From Candidatus Cloacimonadales bacterium (GTDB taxonomy: Bacteria > Cloacimonadota > Cloacimonadia > Cloacimonadales > JAIOQZ01): DNA of 64,000 nucleotides. Shown one piece after another: positions 41,102-51,300 of this stretch (position 1 is the first letter of the stretch; every line of letters begins with the position of its first letter). Location: NCBI GenBank assembly GCA_963665815.1, contig OY762463.1:704001-768000 (forward strand), given 5' to 3'. A program made the translations under genes and the position numbers. The notes beneath the pieces were generated by a model. That model was given only the letters and a program-made list of their open reading frames with translations. It was not told the origin of the DNA and made no database searches.

Positions 41102-43729
41102 ATGAATAACAAGTTTTTGCTAATTGCTATTTTATTAGTTTTGGCATCTGCTTTCATGTATGCAGATTGCGATTTAATGGCTTTACTGGCTAAAGATGGC
41201 TACACTATTTCAGAGCAGGATGAAGTTACCGGAGATTTTAACGATCCTTTCGATTACTTCGAATACTTGATGTTAATGTCTAACAATTCGAATTATCAAC
41301 CACCTTATTTAAGTACATTAGGAAACTCCTGGGCTCGAAGAAAAAGCAATGATGATGGATATGGTCTTGTTTTTTACAGAGAAGGAAGCAATATTGTATG
41401 GGATAATGAAACTTATACTGACGCAGGTTGCCAGAAGTTCTATCTCAGAGGACTGAATAATGTATATTATCATGGTACAGTCTGGGACAGTCTACCTGAT
41501 GCTAATAAACCACTGGCTTATGCCTATTCCAGAATACTGAATGAATCACCTCACGTAGTGCCAAATGATTTCGATAACGAAACAGCGAGAATTATAATGG
41601 GACATGCCAGAAAAGCTACAGTCAGTTTTGGGAATCATCCATTTACTCTTGTTGATGCAGATCTTGGTTTAAACAGAACATACACATTCATGGCAAATGG
41701 AACAATACCAACTCTGGAAATGGACGCTATGGATACTCTTCTGGTTGACGAAGGATGGTGGACAACTCACCCACCTAACGATGGGAATGATCACAACGTG
41801 ATTTCGGATAGCGAAGTGTTCTTTAACTACATAATGTACTTTGTAAAAGAAAACAATGGAAATGTTGAAGAAGGAATAATTGAAGCTCTGAATCAAACAG
41901 AGATATATGGACAAGACATAAGAGCTATGATTCAAGATGCTAACGATGATGATGGAGATGATTACTGGAGTAATATTGCAAACTTTGTTCTAAGCGATGG
42001 AGAATCCTTATATCTTTTCAGAAACTCTCCGCTGGCAGACTTACGTCATGATCTTTCATATATTGACCATGGAGAATTTTACGGTGTGAAAACACTTGAC
42101 CCTGAGGGCGGAACTCAACTGCAGCAATATGACTTGGTAAAACTGTCTCCAGACCATGAACCGGAACTCCACTATAACATATTCGATATTCAAATTGTCA
42201 ATGCCCCGGATGACATCACGAACAGCTGTTATTTTGGTCAAACTGTATCAATAGACGGTGATTACGCAGTAGTTGGAGCTCCTTATGAGCATTCTAATGG
42301 TGTCTCCTATTCCGGTGCAGCATACATTTACAAGATAAATGCTCAAGGTGTATGGGAACACTTCCAGGATCTTGAACTACCCAATCCCGCAACATCAGAT
42401 AAATTCGGTTGGTCAGTTTCTATAGATGATGATTATATTGCTGTGGGATGTCCCGGAGAAGATAACCTCCTTACATCAAATTGTGGTGCAGTCTACAGAT
42501 ACAAATACAGTCCCTTCACAAATACATTCAACCTTAATCAGCTGGCTTATGGAGTAAATGGCAATGATCAGCTTGGCTTCTCTGTAGCAGTTAATCATGG
42601 TGGATATGTTGCTGCAGGATCACCATATCATGATAACCTTTTCCTCTCAAACATGGGAATGGTAAGAATCTACAAAACAAACAGTCTTGCTCCTGCTAAT
42701 GGCATATTGACAACCATGCAGTCATCATATGGTATGGAAAATAATCAGTATTTCGGATGGGCGGTTGATATCAATAAATATATTGCTGTTGCCGGTGGTC
42801 CCGGACATGACCTTAATGGTACAGACTCTGGCTCAATCCGATTCATTTATTTCAACGATGGTACAGAGTCAGCATTTACAGCCCCGGTTGAAGTTTCAAC
42901 AAGAGATTATTATGGCTGGGACCTGGACCTTGATAAGCTCTGTGACGACGCTAAAGTAAGGACCTATCCAATAGGAACAGATTCTGAAGCATTTAAAACT
43001 TACCCTACAGGTTATGACCTGATTGTTGGGGCTCCTGGAGTCAACAGCTACATACAAGGTTATGACTATCAAGGAGCAGCCTACATTTCCTGTAGAACTG
43101 TAATTAACGCTGAGGAAACCTTTGACTACAGACCGTACTTTGGCTATTCAGTAGCAATCGAAGAGCAACATGCTGTTGTTGGAGCGAGAGATGTGCACCG
43201 CAGAGGAGCAGTTTACAGTTATAATAACATGGGAACACACCTGGACACATTCTATAGCTACGGAACAGGTCCAAAACAACAATTTGGCTGTGATGTTGCA
43301 TATGATGCAGAAAACATGATTATTGGTTCACGGGGACATGATAACGATGACAATAGAGGAGCGGTATACTTCTTCAACGATCCTTCAGCAGGCATGACAA
43401 CCAACAGAGGTATTGCTGCAGGTGGTAATAACAATGTTCCTGATACAGGCTTCAGAAATTACTTGAAGGGTAACTATCCTAATCCATTCAATCCTGAAAC
43501 CGCAATCAGCTTCTCACTTAAAGAAGATACAAAAGCGACAATATCAATTTACAATATGAAAGGTCAGAAAGTTAAAACACTTAAGAACGAGTTTATGACT
43601 GCCGGAGAACACTCAGTTGTCTGGAATGGTAAAGATGATAACGGAAGTGATGTATCGAGTGGTGTATATTTCTATAAACTTAACACAAACAGCTATTCAC
43701 AGATCAGAAAAATGATCCTGATGAAATAG
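41102..43729 (+). CDS. Secreted Ntn-hydrolase-like domain + 7 FG-GAP repeats + FlgD-Ig/T9SS-like tail; paralog B
   Basis: ATG 41102 after GAGGA; MYA|DCDLMAL, NDDGYG, GHARKAT..GNHPF, FMANG, SDSE; FG-GAP blades; NYPNPFNPET tail. Confidence 0.78.
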   Translation: MNNKFLLIAILLVLASAFMYADCDLMALLAKDGYTISEQDEVTGDFNDPFDYFEYLMLMSNNSNYQPPYLSTLGNSWARRKSNDDGYGLVFYREGSNIVWDNETYTDAGCQKFYLRGLNNVYYHGTVWDSLPDANKPLAYAYSRILNESPHVVPNDFDNETARIIMGHARKATVSFGNHPFTLVDADLGLNRTYTFMANGTIPTLEMDAMDTLLVDEGWWTTHPPNDGNDHNVISDSEVFFNYIMYFVKENNGNVEEGIIEALNQTEIYGQDIRAMIQDANDDDGDDYWSNIANFVLSDGESLYLFRNSPLADLRHDLSYIDHGEFYGVKTLDPEGGTQLQQYDLVKLSPDHEPELHYNIFDIQIVNAPDDITNSCYFGQTVSIDGDYAVVGAPYEHSNGVSYSGAAYIYKINAQGVWEHFQDLELPNPATSDKFGWSVSIDDDYIAVGCPGEDNLLTSNCGAVYRYKYSPFTNTFNLNQLAYGVNGNDQLGFSVAVNHGGYVAAGSPYHDNLFLSNMGMVRIYKTNSLAPANGILTTMQSSYGMENNQYFGWAVDINKYIAVAGGPGHDLNGTDSGSIRFIYFNDGTESAFTAPVEVSTRDYYGWDLDLDKLCDDAKVRTYPIGTDSEAFKTYPTGYDLIVGAPGVNSYIQGYDYQGAAYISCRTVINAEETFDYRPYFGYSVAIEEQHAVVGARDVHRRGAVYSYNNMGTHLDTFYSYGTGPKQQFGCDVAYDAENMIIGSRGHDNDDNRGAVYFFNDPSAGMTTNRGIAAGGNNNVPDTGFRNYLKGNYPNPFNPETAISFSLKEDTKATISIYNMKGQKVKTLKNEFMTAGEHSVVWNGKDDNGSDVSSGVYFYKLNTNSYSQIRKMILMK

Positions 43730-43751
43730 ATGCATTATTGAAAGCAATATT

Positions 43752-43783
43752 CAGGCTGTCGAAATCTCGACAGCCTGTTTTTT
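43752..43783 (+). terminator. Intrinsic terminator after paralog B
   Basis: CAGGCTGTCGA-AATC-TCGACAGCCTG-TTTTTT. Confidence 0.88.
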
Positions 43784-43852
43784 GCACAAAATAAACTGAA
43801 TTTATTTTCTTATTTCCAGAAAAAGCTTATATTTATACCAACAGGAGAAATT

Positions 43853-45007
43853 ATGGAAAATAGAAAAACAATGTTTGCTCCAGATGAAAGAAAATCCATA
43901 GAACAAGTAACAACGGATTACAGAAAATTTGTATCAGTAGATCCGTTTCATCAGGTAACTAACTCATTACCGAGTATCGTAATGATACTTAACAATGAAA
44001 GACAGATTGTATATTTCAATCATATTCTGATGAAAAATCTGCAAATAAATTCCGAGATGAATATTATTGGAAAACGACCAGGCGAACTCCTAAATTGTAT
44101 TCATGCAGATAATGAGTTTTCCGGATGTGGTACATCAGAGTTCTGTCGGGAATGTGGTGCTGTAAATGCAATACTTCAATCACAGAATCTCGGCATTATA
44201 ACATGTTTTGAATGCAGAATAACTACGAAAGATAACACTGCTCTGGATTTTAGAGTATGGGCATCCCCATACTTGTTCAACGGAAAGAAGTATACAATAT
44301 TCAGTGTAATTGATATCAGCAATGAGAAAAGAAAAGAAATACTTGAAAGAACTTTCTTTCATGATATAAACAACCTTCTGATGATACTCATTGGATATTC
44401 ATCCATGCTTAAACTTTCTAATAATGAGAATGTGAAAAACGAATACATAGACTCAATATGTTCGGTTGGAGTTCAGCTTTCGGAAGAAATAACTTCTCAG
44501 CAAAAACTACTTCAGGCAGAAAATGGAAGTCTTAATATTAGTACGGCTTCGCTGAATTCCATTGAGATACTCCGGGAACTTTCAGATTTTTACGATAACT
44601 CTAACCTGTATGTAAACAGAAAAGTAAATATAGAAGAGGCTGCTCAGAATTTCATTTTTACTACAGATAAAGCCCTGTTAGTCAGAATTTTAGCCAATAT
44701 GATTAAAAATGCTCTGGAGGCATCCTGTGAAAATCAGAATGTTACTATCAATGTAGTTAAGAAAGGTGAAAATGCAGAATTCAGCGTCTCCAATACAGGC
44801 TGCATGCCCAGATCATCTCAATTGCAGATGTTTCAACGATCATTTTCGACAAAGGGAAAAGGACGCGGTATAGGAACTTACAGTATGAAGTTGTTCGGAG
44901 AAAAGTACCTTAAAGGAAAAGTCTGGTTTAAATCTGATAAAATTAGCGGAACAACTTTCTTTCTGTCAATTCCTGTTAACTTTTCAAGTAAGAAAACAGT
45001 CCTGTAA
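43853..45007 (+). CDS. Soluble sensor histidine kinase with Cys-rich PAS domain (paralog 1)
   Basis: H-box FFHDINN, N-box NMIKNALEA, FQRSFSTKG, GRGIGTY; PAS domain with C-x9-C-x5-C-x2-C-x19-C. Confidence 0.9.
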   Translation: MENRKTMFAPDERKSIEQVTTDYRKFVSVDPFHQVTNSLPSIVMILNNERQIVYFNHILMKNLQINSEMNIIGKRPGELLNCIHADNEFSGCGTSEFCRECGAVNAILQSQNLGIITCFECRITTKDNTALDFRVWASPYLFNGKKYTIFSVIDISNEKRKEILERTFFHDINNLLMILIGYSSMLKLSNNENVKNEYIDSICSVGVQLSEEITSQQKLLQAENGSLNISTASLNSIEILRELSDFYDNSNLYVNRKVNIEEAAQNFIFTTDKALLVRILANMIKNALEASCENQNVTINVVKKGENAEFSVSNTGCMPRSSQLQMFQRSFSTKGKGRGIGTYSMKLFGEKYLKGKVWFKSDKISGTTFFLSIPVNFSSKKTVL

Positions 45008-45164
45008 TATCTGAGTTGCATGTCACATAACGAATTATCTATATAAGTACCTTAAAGTAACAAAAACTTTACCAATGTAAGGTTTTGTCTAATTTTGCTT
45101 GACATGGTTCAGGGATAATACAAGTAATGAATCGTACATGGTATAAATATTTAATGGAGTATAG

Positions 45165-46301
45165 ATGAGTCGAGATCAAAAAGAATCAATCCCTGATCAT
45201 ATTAGTGATTACTGTTTTGAAAATATAAAGGAATCTACATTTGTAAAGAAAATTGCGGATACTCTTCCCTGCATTGTTCTGGTTATCAATGACGACAAAG
45301 AAGTAATCTATTTTAACCAAAATCTACCGAACCTGTTAGAAGCTGAAAATCCCAATATTGACTTATCTGATGATCTTAAGATCATCGGAAAAAAACTTGG
45401 TGATATCTTTCATTGCATTAATGCAAAGAGAACCGGTAAAGGTTGCGGTTTTTCAGATTTCTGTGGTGAGTGCGGAATTGCAAAGTCTGTAAGCCAATCT
45501 TATACAGGAAGTGCTGATGCGTTTTTTGAATGCAGAATTTCAACTACAGAAAATGAATCTTTTGACTTTCAAGTATTATCTACAGTTTATGATTTCAATG
45601 ACAAACGCTTTACATTTGTAAGCCTTGAAGATATCAGCGAGCATAAGAGAAAAGAAGTGCTTGAACATACTTTCTTCCATGATATTAACAATCTGCTTCA
45701 TATAATTAATGCCTATTCAGAATTACTGTCTTCTGACCTGGATCATCCGTCAAAAGAGAGGTTCCTTACGTCAATCAAAACTGCGGCTCAGAGAATGAAG
45801 GATGAAATTGATACTCATAAGAGAATCATTCAAGCTGAGAACGGCAGCCTTGCAGTCAATATGACTGAAGTTAACTCTATTGAAATACTTGCTGAATTGA
45901 CAACATTATTCACAAAAAGCAAAACTTGGGCTGACAAACACATTTTAATTGACGATAACGTTATGATTGTTGATTTCAAAACGGATAAAGCTATCTTGTT
46001 GAGAATCCTCAACAATATGACCAAAAATGCTCTGGAAGCATCTTCAGATTGTGGTGATGTTAAGGTTAACTGTTATGTAAAAGATGAGAGCATAATATTC
46101 AATGTACATAATTGCGGTTACATTCCATATCCTGCTCAAGGTCAGATATTTCAACGTTCATTTTCTACCAAAGGTAAAGGTCGAGGTATTGGAACTTACA
46201 GTATGAAACTCTTCGGAGAAAAATACCTTAATGGTAAAGTCTGGTTTGAATCATCTATGCAAAATGGAACATCATTCAATATTTCTATTCCGCTTTACTG
46301 A
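45165..46301 (+). CDS. Soluble sensor histidine kinase with Cys-rich PAS domain (paralog 2)
   Basis: Same H, N, F and G2 boxes and Cys motif as paralog 1. Confidence 0.9.
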   Translation: MSRDQKESIPDHISDYCFENIKESTFVKKIADTLPCIVLVINDDKEVIYFNQNLPNLLEAENPNIDLSDDLKIIGKKLGDIFHCINAKRTGKGCGFSDFCGECGIAKSVSQSYTGSADAFFECRISTTENESFDFQVLSTVYDFNDKRFTFVSLEDISEHKRKEVLEHTFFHDINNLLHIINAYSELLSSDLDHPSKERFLTSIKTAAQRMKDEIDTHKRIIQAENGSLAVNMTEVNSIEILAELTTLFTKSKTWADKHILIDDNVMIVDFKTDKAILLRILNNMTKNALEASSDCGDVKVNCYVKDESIIFNVHNCGYIPYPAQGQIFQRSFSTKGKGRGIGTYSMKLFGEKYLNGKVWFESSMQNGTSFNISIPLY

Positions 46302-46400
46302 TAATTTTTATTAATCCACATTCAATATAGTGCAAATTTATTGACAGGGAAACATGTTTGGAAATAATCTTTTCGTCTTGATTAATTCATTGGAGATATT

Positions 46401-47555
46401 ATGCAAAATACCAGAATAGTTTTTGATCCCACAAAAAGAGAAAAAAAAGAGCAAATAAATTTCTGCTTTGATTTACTTAGAAACTCTGGACTCCTGAAGA
46501 GAATTTCTGATTCTGTCCCATGTATTGTAATTATCCTGAATCATGATAGACAGGTCATATTCTTCAACAAAAATCTTTCAGAGTCACTGGAAGAATCCAA
46601 TTATGACATGATTCTGGGAAGACGTCTTGGGGAAGTATTCAATTGTGTGCATTCCAGAGAAACTGAAGATGGCTGCGGAAGTACGGTTTTCTGTAAAGAA
46701 TGCGGAGCAAACAAGGCAATGACAGAAGTTGATAATCTTGCTGAGGAATCTTGCTATGAATGTAGAATTAATACTATCGACAATGAATCATATGACTTCA
46801 AAGTATGGGTAACACCATATCGTTTTGCAAAAGGAAGATACACCTTTGTCAGTCTGGAAGACATAAGCGATCAGAAGCGAAAGGAAGTGCTGGAAAGAAC
46901 ATTCTTCCATGATATCAACAATCTGCTTATGCTTATAACGAGCTATTCGGAATTGCTTACAGATCCAAAAGATTCTGAGTTTCATACAACATATTCAAAG
47001 ACAATTCATAATGCCAGTCTGAGATTAACAGAAGAAATATCCGCTCACAAAAAACTGCTTATGGCGGAAAAAGGGAAACTCAATGTTACGATTTCAGAAC
47101 TTCATACAAAACTTTTGCTGAAACAGATTACAGGATTGTATTCTTCAGATGACTTTTATACTGATGTAAAGGTTGTAATAACTGAAGATACCGAGGACTT
47201 CAGTTTGTTCACAGAAAAATCTCTTCTTCAACGTATACTTATCAATATGACTAAAAATGCTATTGAAGCCTCCAAAGCAGGAGATACAGTTACTGTTTCA
47301 TGCAGAAAAGATAACGATAATGCTGTTTTTTCCGTTCATAATAACAGCTATATAAATCCACAGAATCAACTTCAGATTTTTAAGAGATCCTTTTCAACCA
47401 AAGGAAAAGGCCGTGGAATAGGAACTTACAGTATCAAACTTTTTGGCGAAAAATATCTTGATGGGAAAGTCAGTTTTGAAAGTAATAAAGAGACTGGTAC
47501 AACATTCTATATAAGCATCCCCATTATGCACAAAAAAGCTGCACTCCTGATGTAA
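46401..47555 (+). CDS. Soluble sensor histidine kinase with Cys-rich PAS domain (paralog 3)
   Basis: Same motifs; preceded by TTGACA(46341)-16 bp-AATAAT and GGAGA RBS. Confidence 0.9.
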   Translation: MQNTRIVFDPTKREKKEQINFCFDLLRNSGLLKRISDSVPCIVIILNHDRQVIFFNKNLSESLEESNYDMILGRRLGEVFNCVHSRETEDGCGSTVFCKECGANKAMTEVDNLAEESCYECRINTIDNESYDFKVWVTPYRFAKGRYTFVSLEDISDQKRKEVLERTFFHDINNLLMLITSYSELLTDPKDSEFHTTYSKTIHNASLRLTEEISAHKKLLMAEKGKLNVTISELHTKLLLKQITGLYSSDDFYTDVKVVITEDTEDFSLFTEKSLLQRILINMTKNAIEASKAGDTVTVSCRKDNDNAVFSVHNNSYINPQNQLQIFKRSFSTKGKGRGIGTYSIKLFGEKYLDGKVSFESNKETGTTFYISIPIMHKKAALLM

Positions 47556-47603
47556 CACTTGTTATTGAAGTACAGCTTACGGATTCTATTCAACCAATCC
47601 GGG

Positions 47604-48341
47604 TTACAGATTTTTCTTTTTAAAGTAGTCAGACATTACTATTCTCGTATTTGATAATGCTGTCATTAACATTACGCTTATTTTAATATCAATGTTTACT
47701 TCGATGGGTTTCCACTCACCTTTTTCGTTGTAATCAAACAGCATTGTATTGTGCATATCTTTAATCATTCTTGATGGTGCTTTGGCAAATGAGCTTTCCT
47801 GCTTTATCATTGCACCGGATTTTTCATCCAGCCAGAAAGTCCCAGCCATCTTCATTTTCTTCATTTTTGTTCCGGATTTATCTTTACTCATATCCACCAT
47901 ATCTTCATACGAGAAGTCATAGCCTATGCAGTTGAATCCTGAAATTTTTTTTCTCTTTGATGTTTGTTCCAGGTGAAGATCTTTTCTGTCCGATATTGAT
48001 CCTTCACTGTCATCATCTTCTTTTCCCGAATACTGTGTTAAAAAAGCATCAACAATAGGATTGTCTTTATCTAATGAGTCTCCATCCGAGATACCCCAGA
48101 TAAATTCGGACTCAATCCCTAAGTCTGTTTCCTTATACTTAACTACAATTTCAAGATCATTCTGGATGGCACCTTTCTTATTCTTTGTAACCTGTTTTGT
48201 TGTTACCATACCAGGCTGCCAGTTTCTATTATTCTTCTTTATTTTTCGGAATTTTTTCCATAGCTCATCTGTTTCCTGTACTCCGGCAAACAAACCGGAG
48301 AAAACTGCAATAACACATACCAGTGCAATAATTCTTTTCAT
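47604..48341 (-). CDS. Hypothetical secreted protein, last gene of the ABC operon
   Basis: Signal peptide; starts 2 bp after the permease-peptidase stop; beta-rich (ISGFNC..Y.F, GTFWLD). Confidence 0.7.
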   Translation of the reverse strand: MKRIIALVCVIAVFSGLFAGVQETDELWKKFRKIKKNNRNWQPGMVTTKQVTKNKKGAIQNDLEIVVKYKETDLGIESEFIWGISDGDSLDKDNPIVDAFLTQYSGKEDDDSEGSISDRKDLHLEQTSKRKKISGFNCIGYDFSYEDMVDMSKDKSGTKMKKMKMAGTFWLDEKSGAMIKQESSFAKAPSRMIKDMHNTMLFDYNEKGEWKPIEVNIDIKISVMLMTALSNTRIVMSDYFKKKNL

Positions 48342-48343
48342 TA

Positions 48344-51300
48344 TTAAATCCTTGTTACTTGTTCTGTTGATTGATCATCTGATTTCTTTACTTTGATAAG
48401 ATTATCATTCGAATCTCTGTCTATAAGCTTGTTCAGCGGATCAAGTCCAGCCTTTTCAGGTTCACTGTCCACAATAATGCTGAAAGTATTGTCCTCAGCT
48501 GAAACTTTGTGTTTTTCCAAGTATAGTGCTACTTCTTTCTTTTCACCATTGATTGTCTTTTCCGCAAATACTCCCACATCAATCCATTCTGTCAGAGCCG
48601 CCTCATTCATTACACCAAGACTATCTGCATAGAATTTCTTTGATTTAGTGTTGATCACAACTTCGTATCTGCCGTCATCCAGTTTATGATATTCCGCTGA
48701 CTCTGTCATATTATCGAAAATTGTTATCTTTTCAAACATATCTGTTACAACGTATTGAAGTGAATCCGGTGTTGCTTCTCTGATGTACTCCAGAAACTCA
48801 ATAGAGTTTGTGTAAGGAGCTTTCTGCCATTTCTTATCTGCGACATACTTCTTGAGTGCACCATTCAGAGCTTCTTCTCCGATGTAGTCTTTTAATGCGT
48901 ACATCACAACTGATCCCTTATTATAATGCAGATACTGCTGGTTTTCCACAAGATACAACGGCATCTCCGCTCTGGACTCATAGCCCCTGCCACTGAGATA
49001 GCTGTCGAGTTCATGTTTCAGATAATTCTTCATCTGGGCTTCCCCATGCTCCTTCTCCAGAACCATAAGGGCTGAATACTGAGCAAGAGCTTCCGACATC
49101 AGAACAGCACCCTGAACATCTGCACCAATAACCTGATGTGCCCACCATTGATGAGCAAGTTCATGAGCAGTGATATTGAATGGATAGTTTACGCCTTTAC
49201 CTCTTTTGGTATCGGCAATGAATCCTATTCCCTCAGAATATGGAATTGTATTTGGGAAGGACTGTGCGAAAGTGCCATATCGAGGGAATTCAAGGATTCT
49301 TACTTGTTTATGCGGATATTCTCCATATTGATTAGAATAATAATCAAGTGATACTTCAAGTGAACGTATCATTGTATCTATATTATATGGGTGTTTTTTA
49401 TCATAGTAAATTTCAATGCTTACATCTTTACCGGACGGTAGTGACCAGTTTTGTTTTTTAACTTCATATCTCGCTGATACAAAAGAGAAGAAATGCAGAA
49501 TAGGATGATCCATCTTGTAATGGAAGTACCTCCTATCGTTATCTAACCATTCTTTCTGTAGATAACCAGGGGCAATAGCTATCTGATTCTTACTGGTGCT
49601 GACAATAGCTTCAAAATTAACCCAGTCAGAGTCTTTACTTATATATGTATTCATACGTGCTTCTTCATCATCAACCTTTGCCATACGGGGTTTTGGTGGA
49701 AGTCCATGCTTCTTTCTCAAGACTTTACTGCTTAACTCTCCCCCGCTGGAATAGCCAAGTCCCGGAGTGAACATTTTGTTGTTAAGGAAAGTACCGTTTT
49801 CGCATAATGATGTTGTTGGATAAAATGAGTCACGTCTGGATTTGAATGCAAATTCCAGATTCATGGAATCCCCTGGCATCATCGAATTTTCCAGTTCCAG
49901 AATGTATATTCCTCTGTCCTCATTTTCATGGACTCTTTTGCTTTTCGCAGATACTTCCAGTTGCTCCATTTCCAATCCACTGTTTACATTAAAGTACAAA
50001 GTATCAATCGGAGAATCGGATTTGTTAACCATTACCATTTTACCTCTGGCATCTGCTCCCTGAATTTCCGGGAAAATATCGACTTCAAGGTAAACGTCAG
50101 TAAATCGAGGCATTACAAGATGTTCATATTTCTTATATGTCTTTTCGTAATCTATTGCCTGCTGAATTCCTTCTTTGTTAGTAGTATAATCGTTAACAAC
50201 ATTAACATTATAGAATATCCATCCACCGGTTGAGAACATGGCAAGCATAAGAAATGAAAGAACTGCAATACTCGGTTTGTTCATTTTAAGAGGGAAAGCT
50301 TTGATTCTCTTGAAAAACCCTGTTTCCCGACCTCTTACTACAACTTTTTCAGCAATGAAAAGCAGAATGAGTCCTACAAGAAGCCAATGACCTTCATAAG
50401 CCAGGAATGCATCCCAGAAATTACCATAACCGTTCATATCTGAATACATCAAAGATCCACCCTTACCATAGTGCCAGAGCGGGTGTTCCAAACCAAATTT
50501 TGATATGAACACATTTAGTACACTGAAACTGATTATTGCCAGATGTCCTGCATATTTATTATTAATCAGTGAGTGGAAAAAGAAAGCAATGAACACAATT
50601 TGAGAGATGTTGATTATCTGCTTTCCAAGTGAAACTGTATATTGAAACATGTCAATATTATCAACATGTAGAACCATCTGCGTAATTATTCCGATAAGCA
50701 TTGCAAATGCATATAGAACTAATGGGATAAACATAACGGCTATAAATTTCGAGAGATACATTACCCAGGTTCTGACAGGTGTTGAATCAATTAAAAGATC
50801 TATCTTTTGTTCTCTGTCTCTCCAAATTAATTCACCACTGAAGATGATTACAATTATAAGAGACATTGTAGATACTGTTCCTGCAAGAATACCAATTATA
50901 ATATATGTAACTTTGATCAGGGGTGTATCATACATCTGACCGGATTCTGACATCGAACTCATTACCATTGCCAGAGTACAAAGACCCAGCACAATAAATA
51001 ATGGTGACTTAAAGAGCTTCTTAATCTCTGTATTACACATATAAAAGAATTGTCTGATTGAATTAAATACTGAATAATTATGTGATACTACCGGAACTCT
51101 TGTTTTGTTCAACACAAGGTCTTCATGTGATAGACTGTCTTTATATGCTTTAGGTTTCATTCTGAATAGTTTTCTGATATCCACTCTCTGCTTATATGCA
51201 AAGCGGAAAAGCCAGGTAGAAAATATCAAAATAACAACACTGATTCCAAGCCAGACAATTCTGTTCATCAGAAAATAAGATTCCAACGGAACAATCATTG

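Noticed and set aside
38230-43729. Diversity-generating retroelement (template/variable repeats) between the paralogs
   Set aside because: Differences are spread over all bases as in ordinary divergence, not adenine-specific, and no reverse transcriptase is present.
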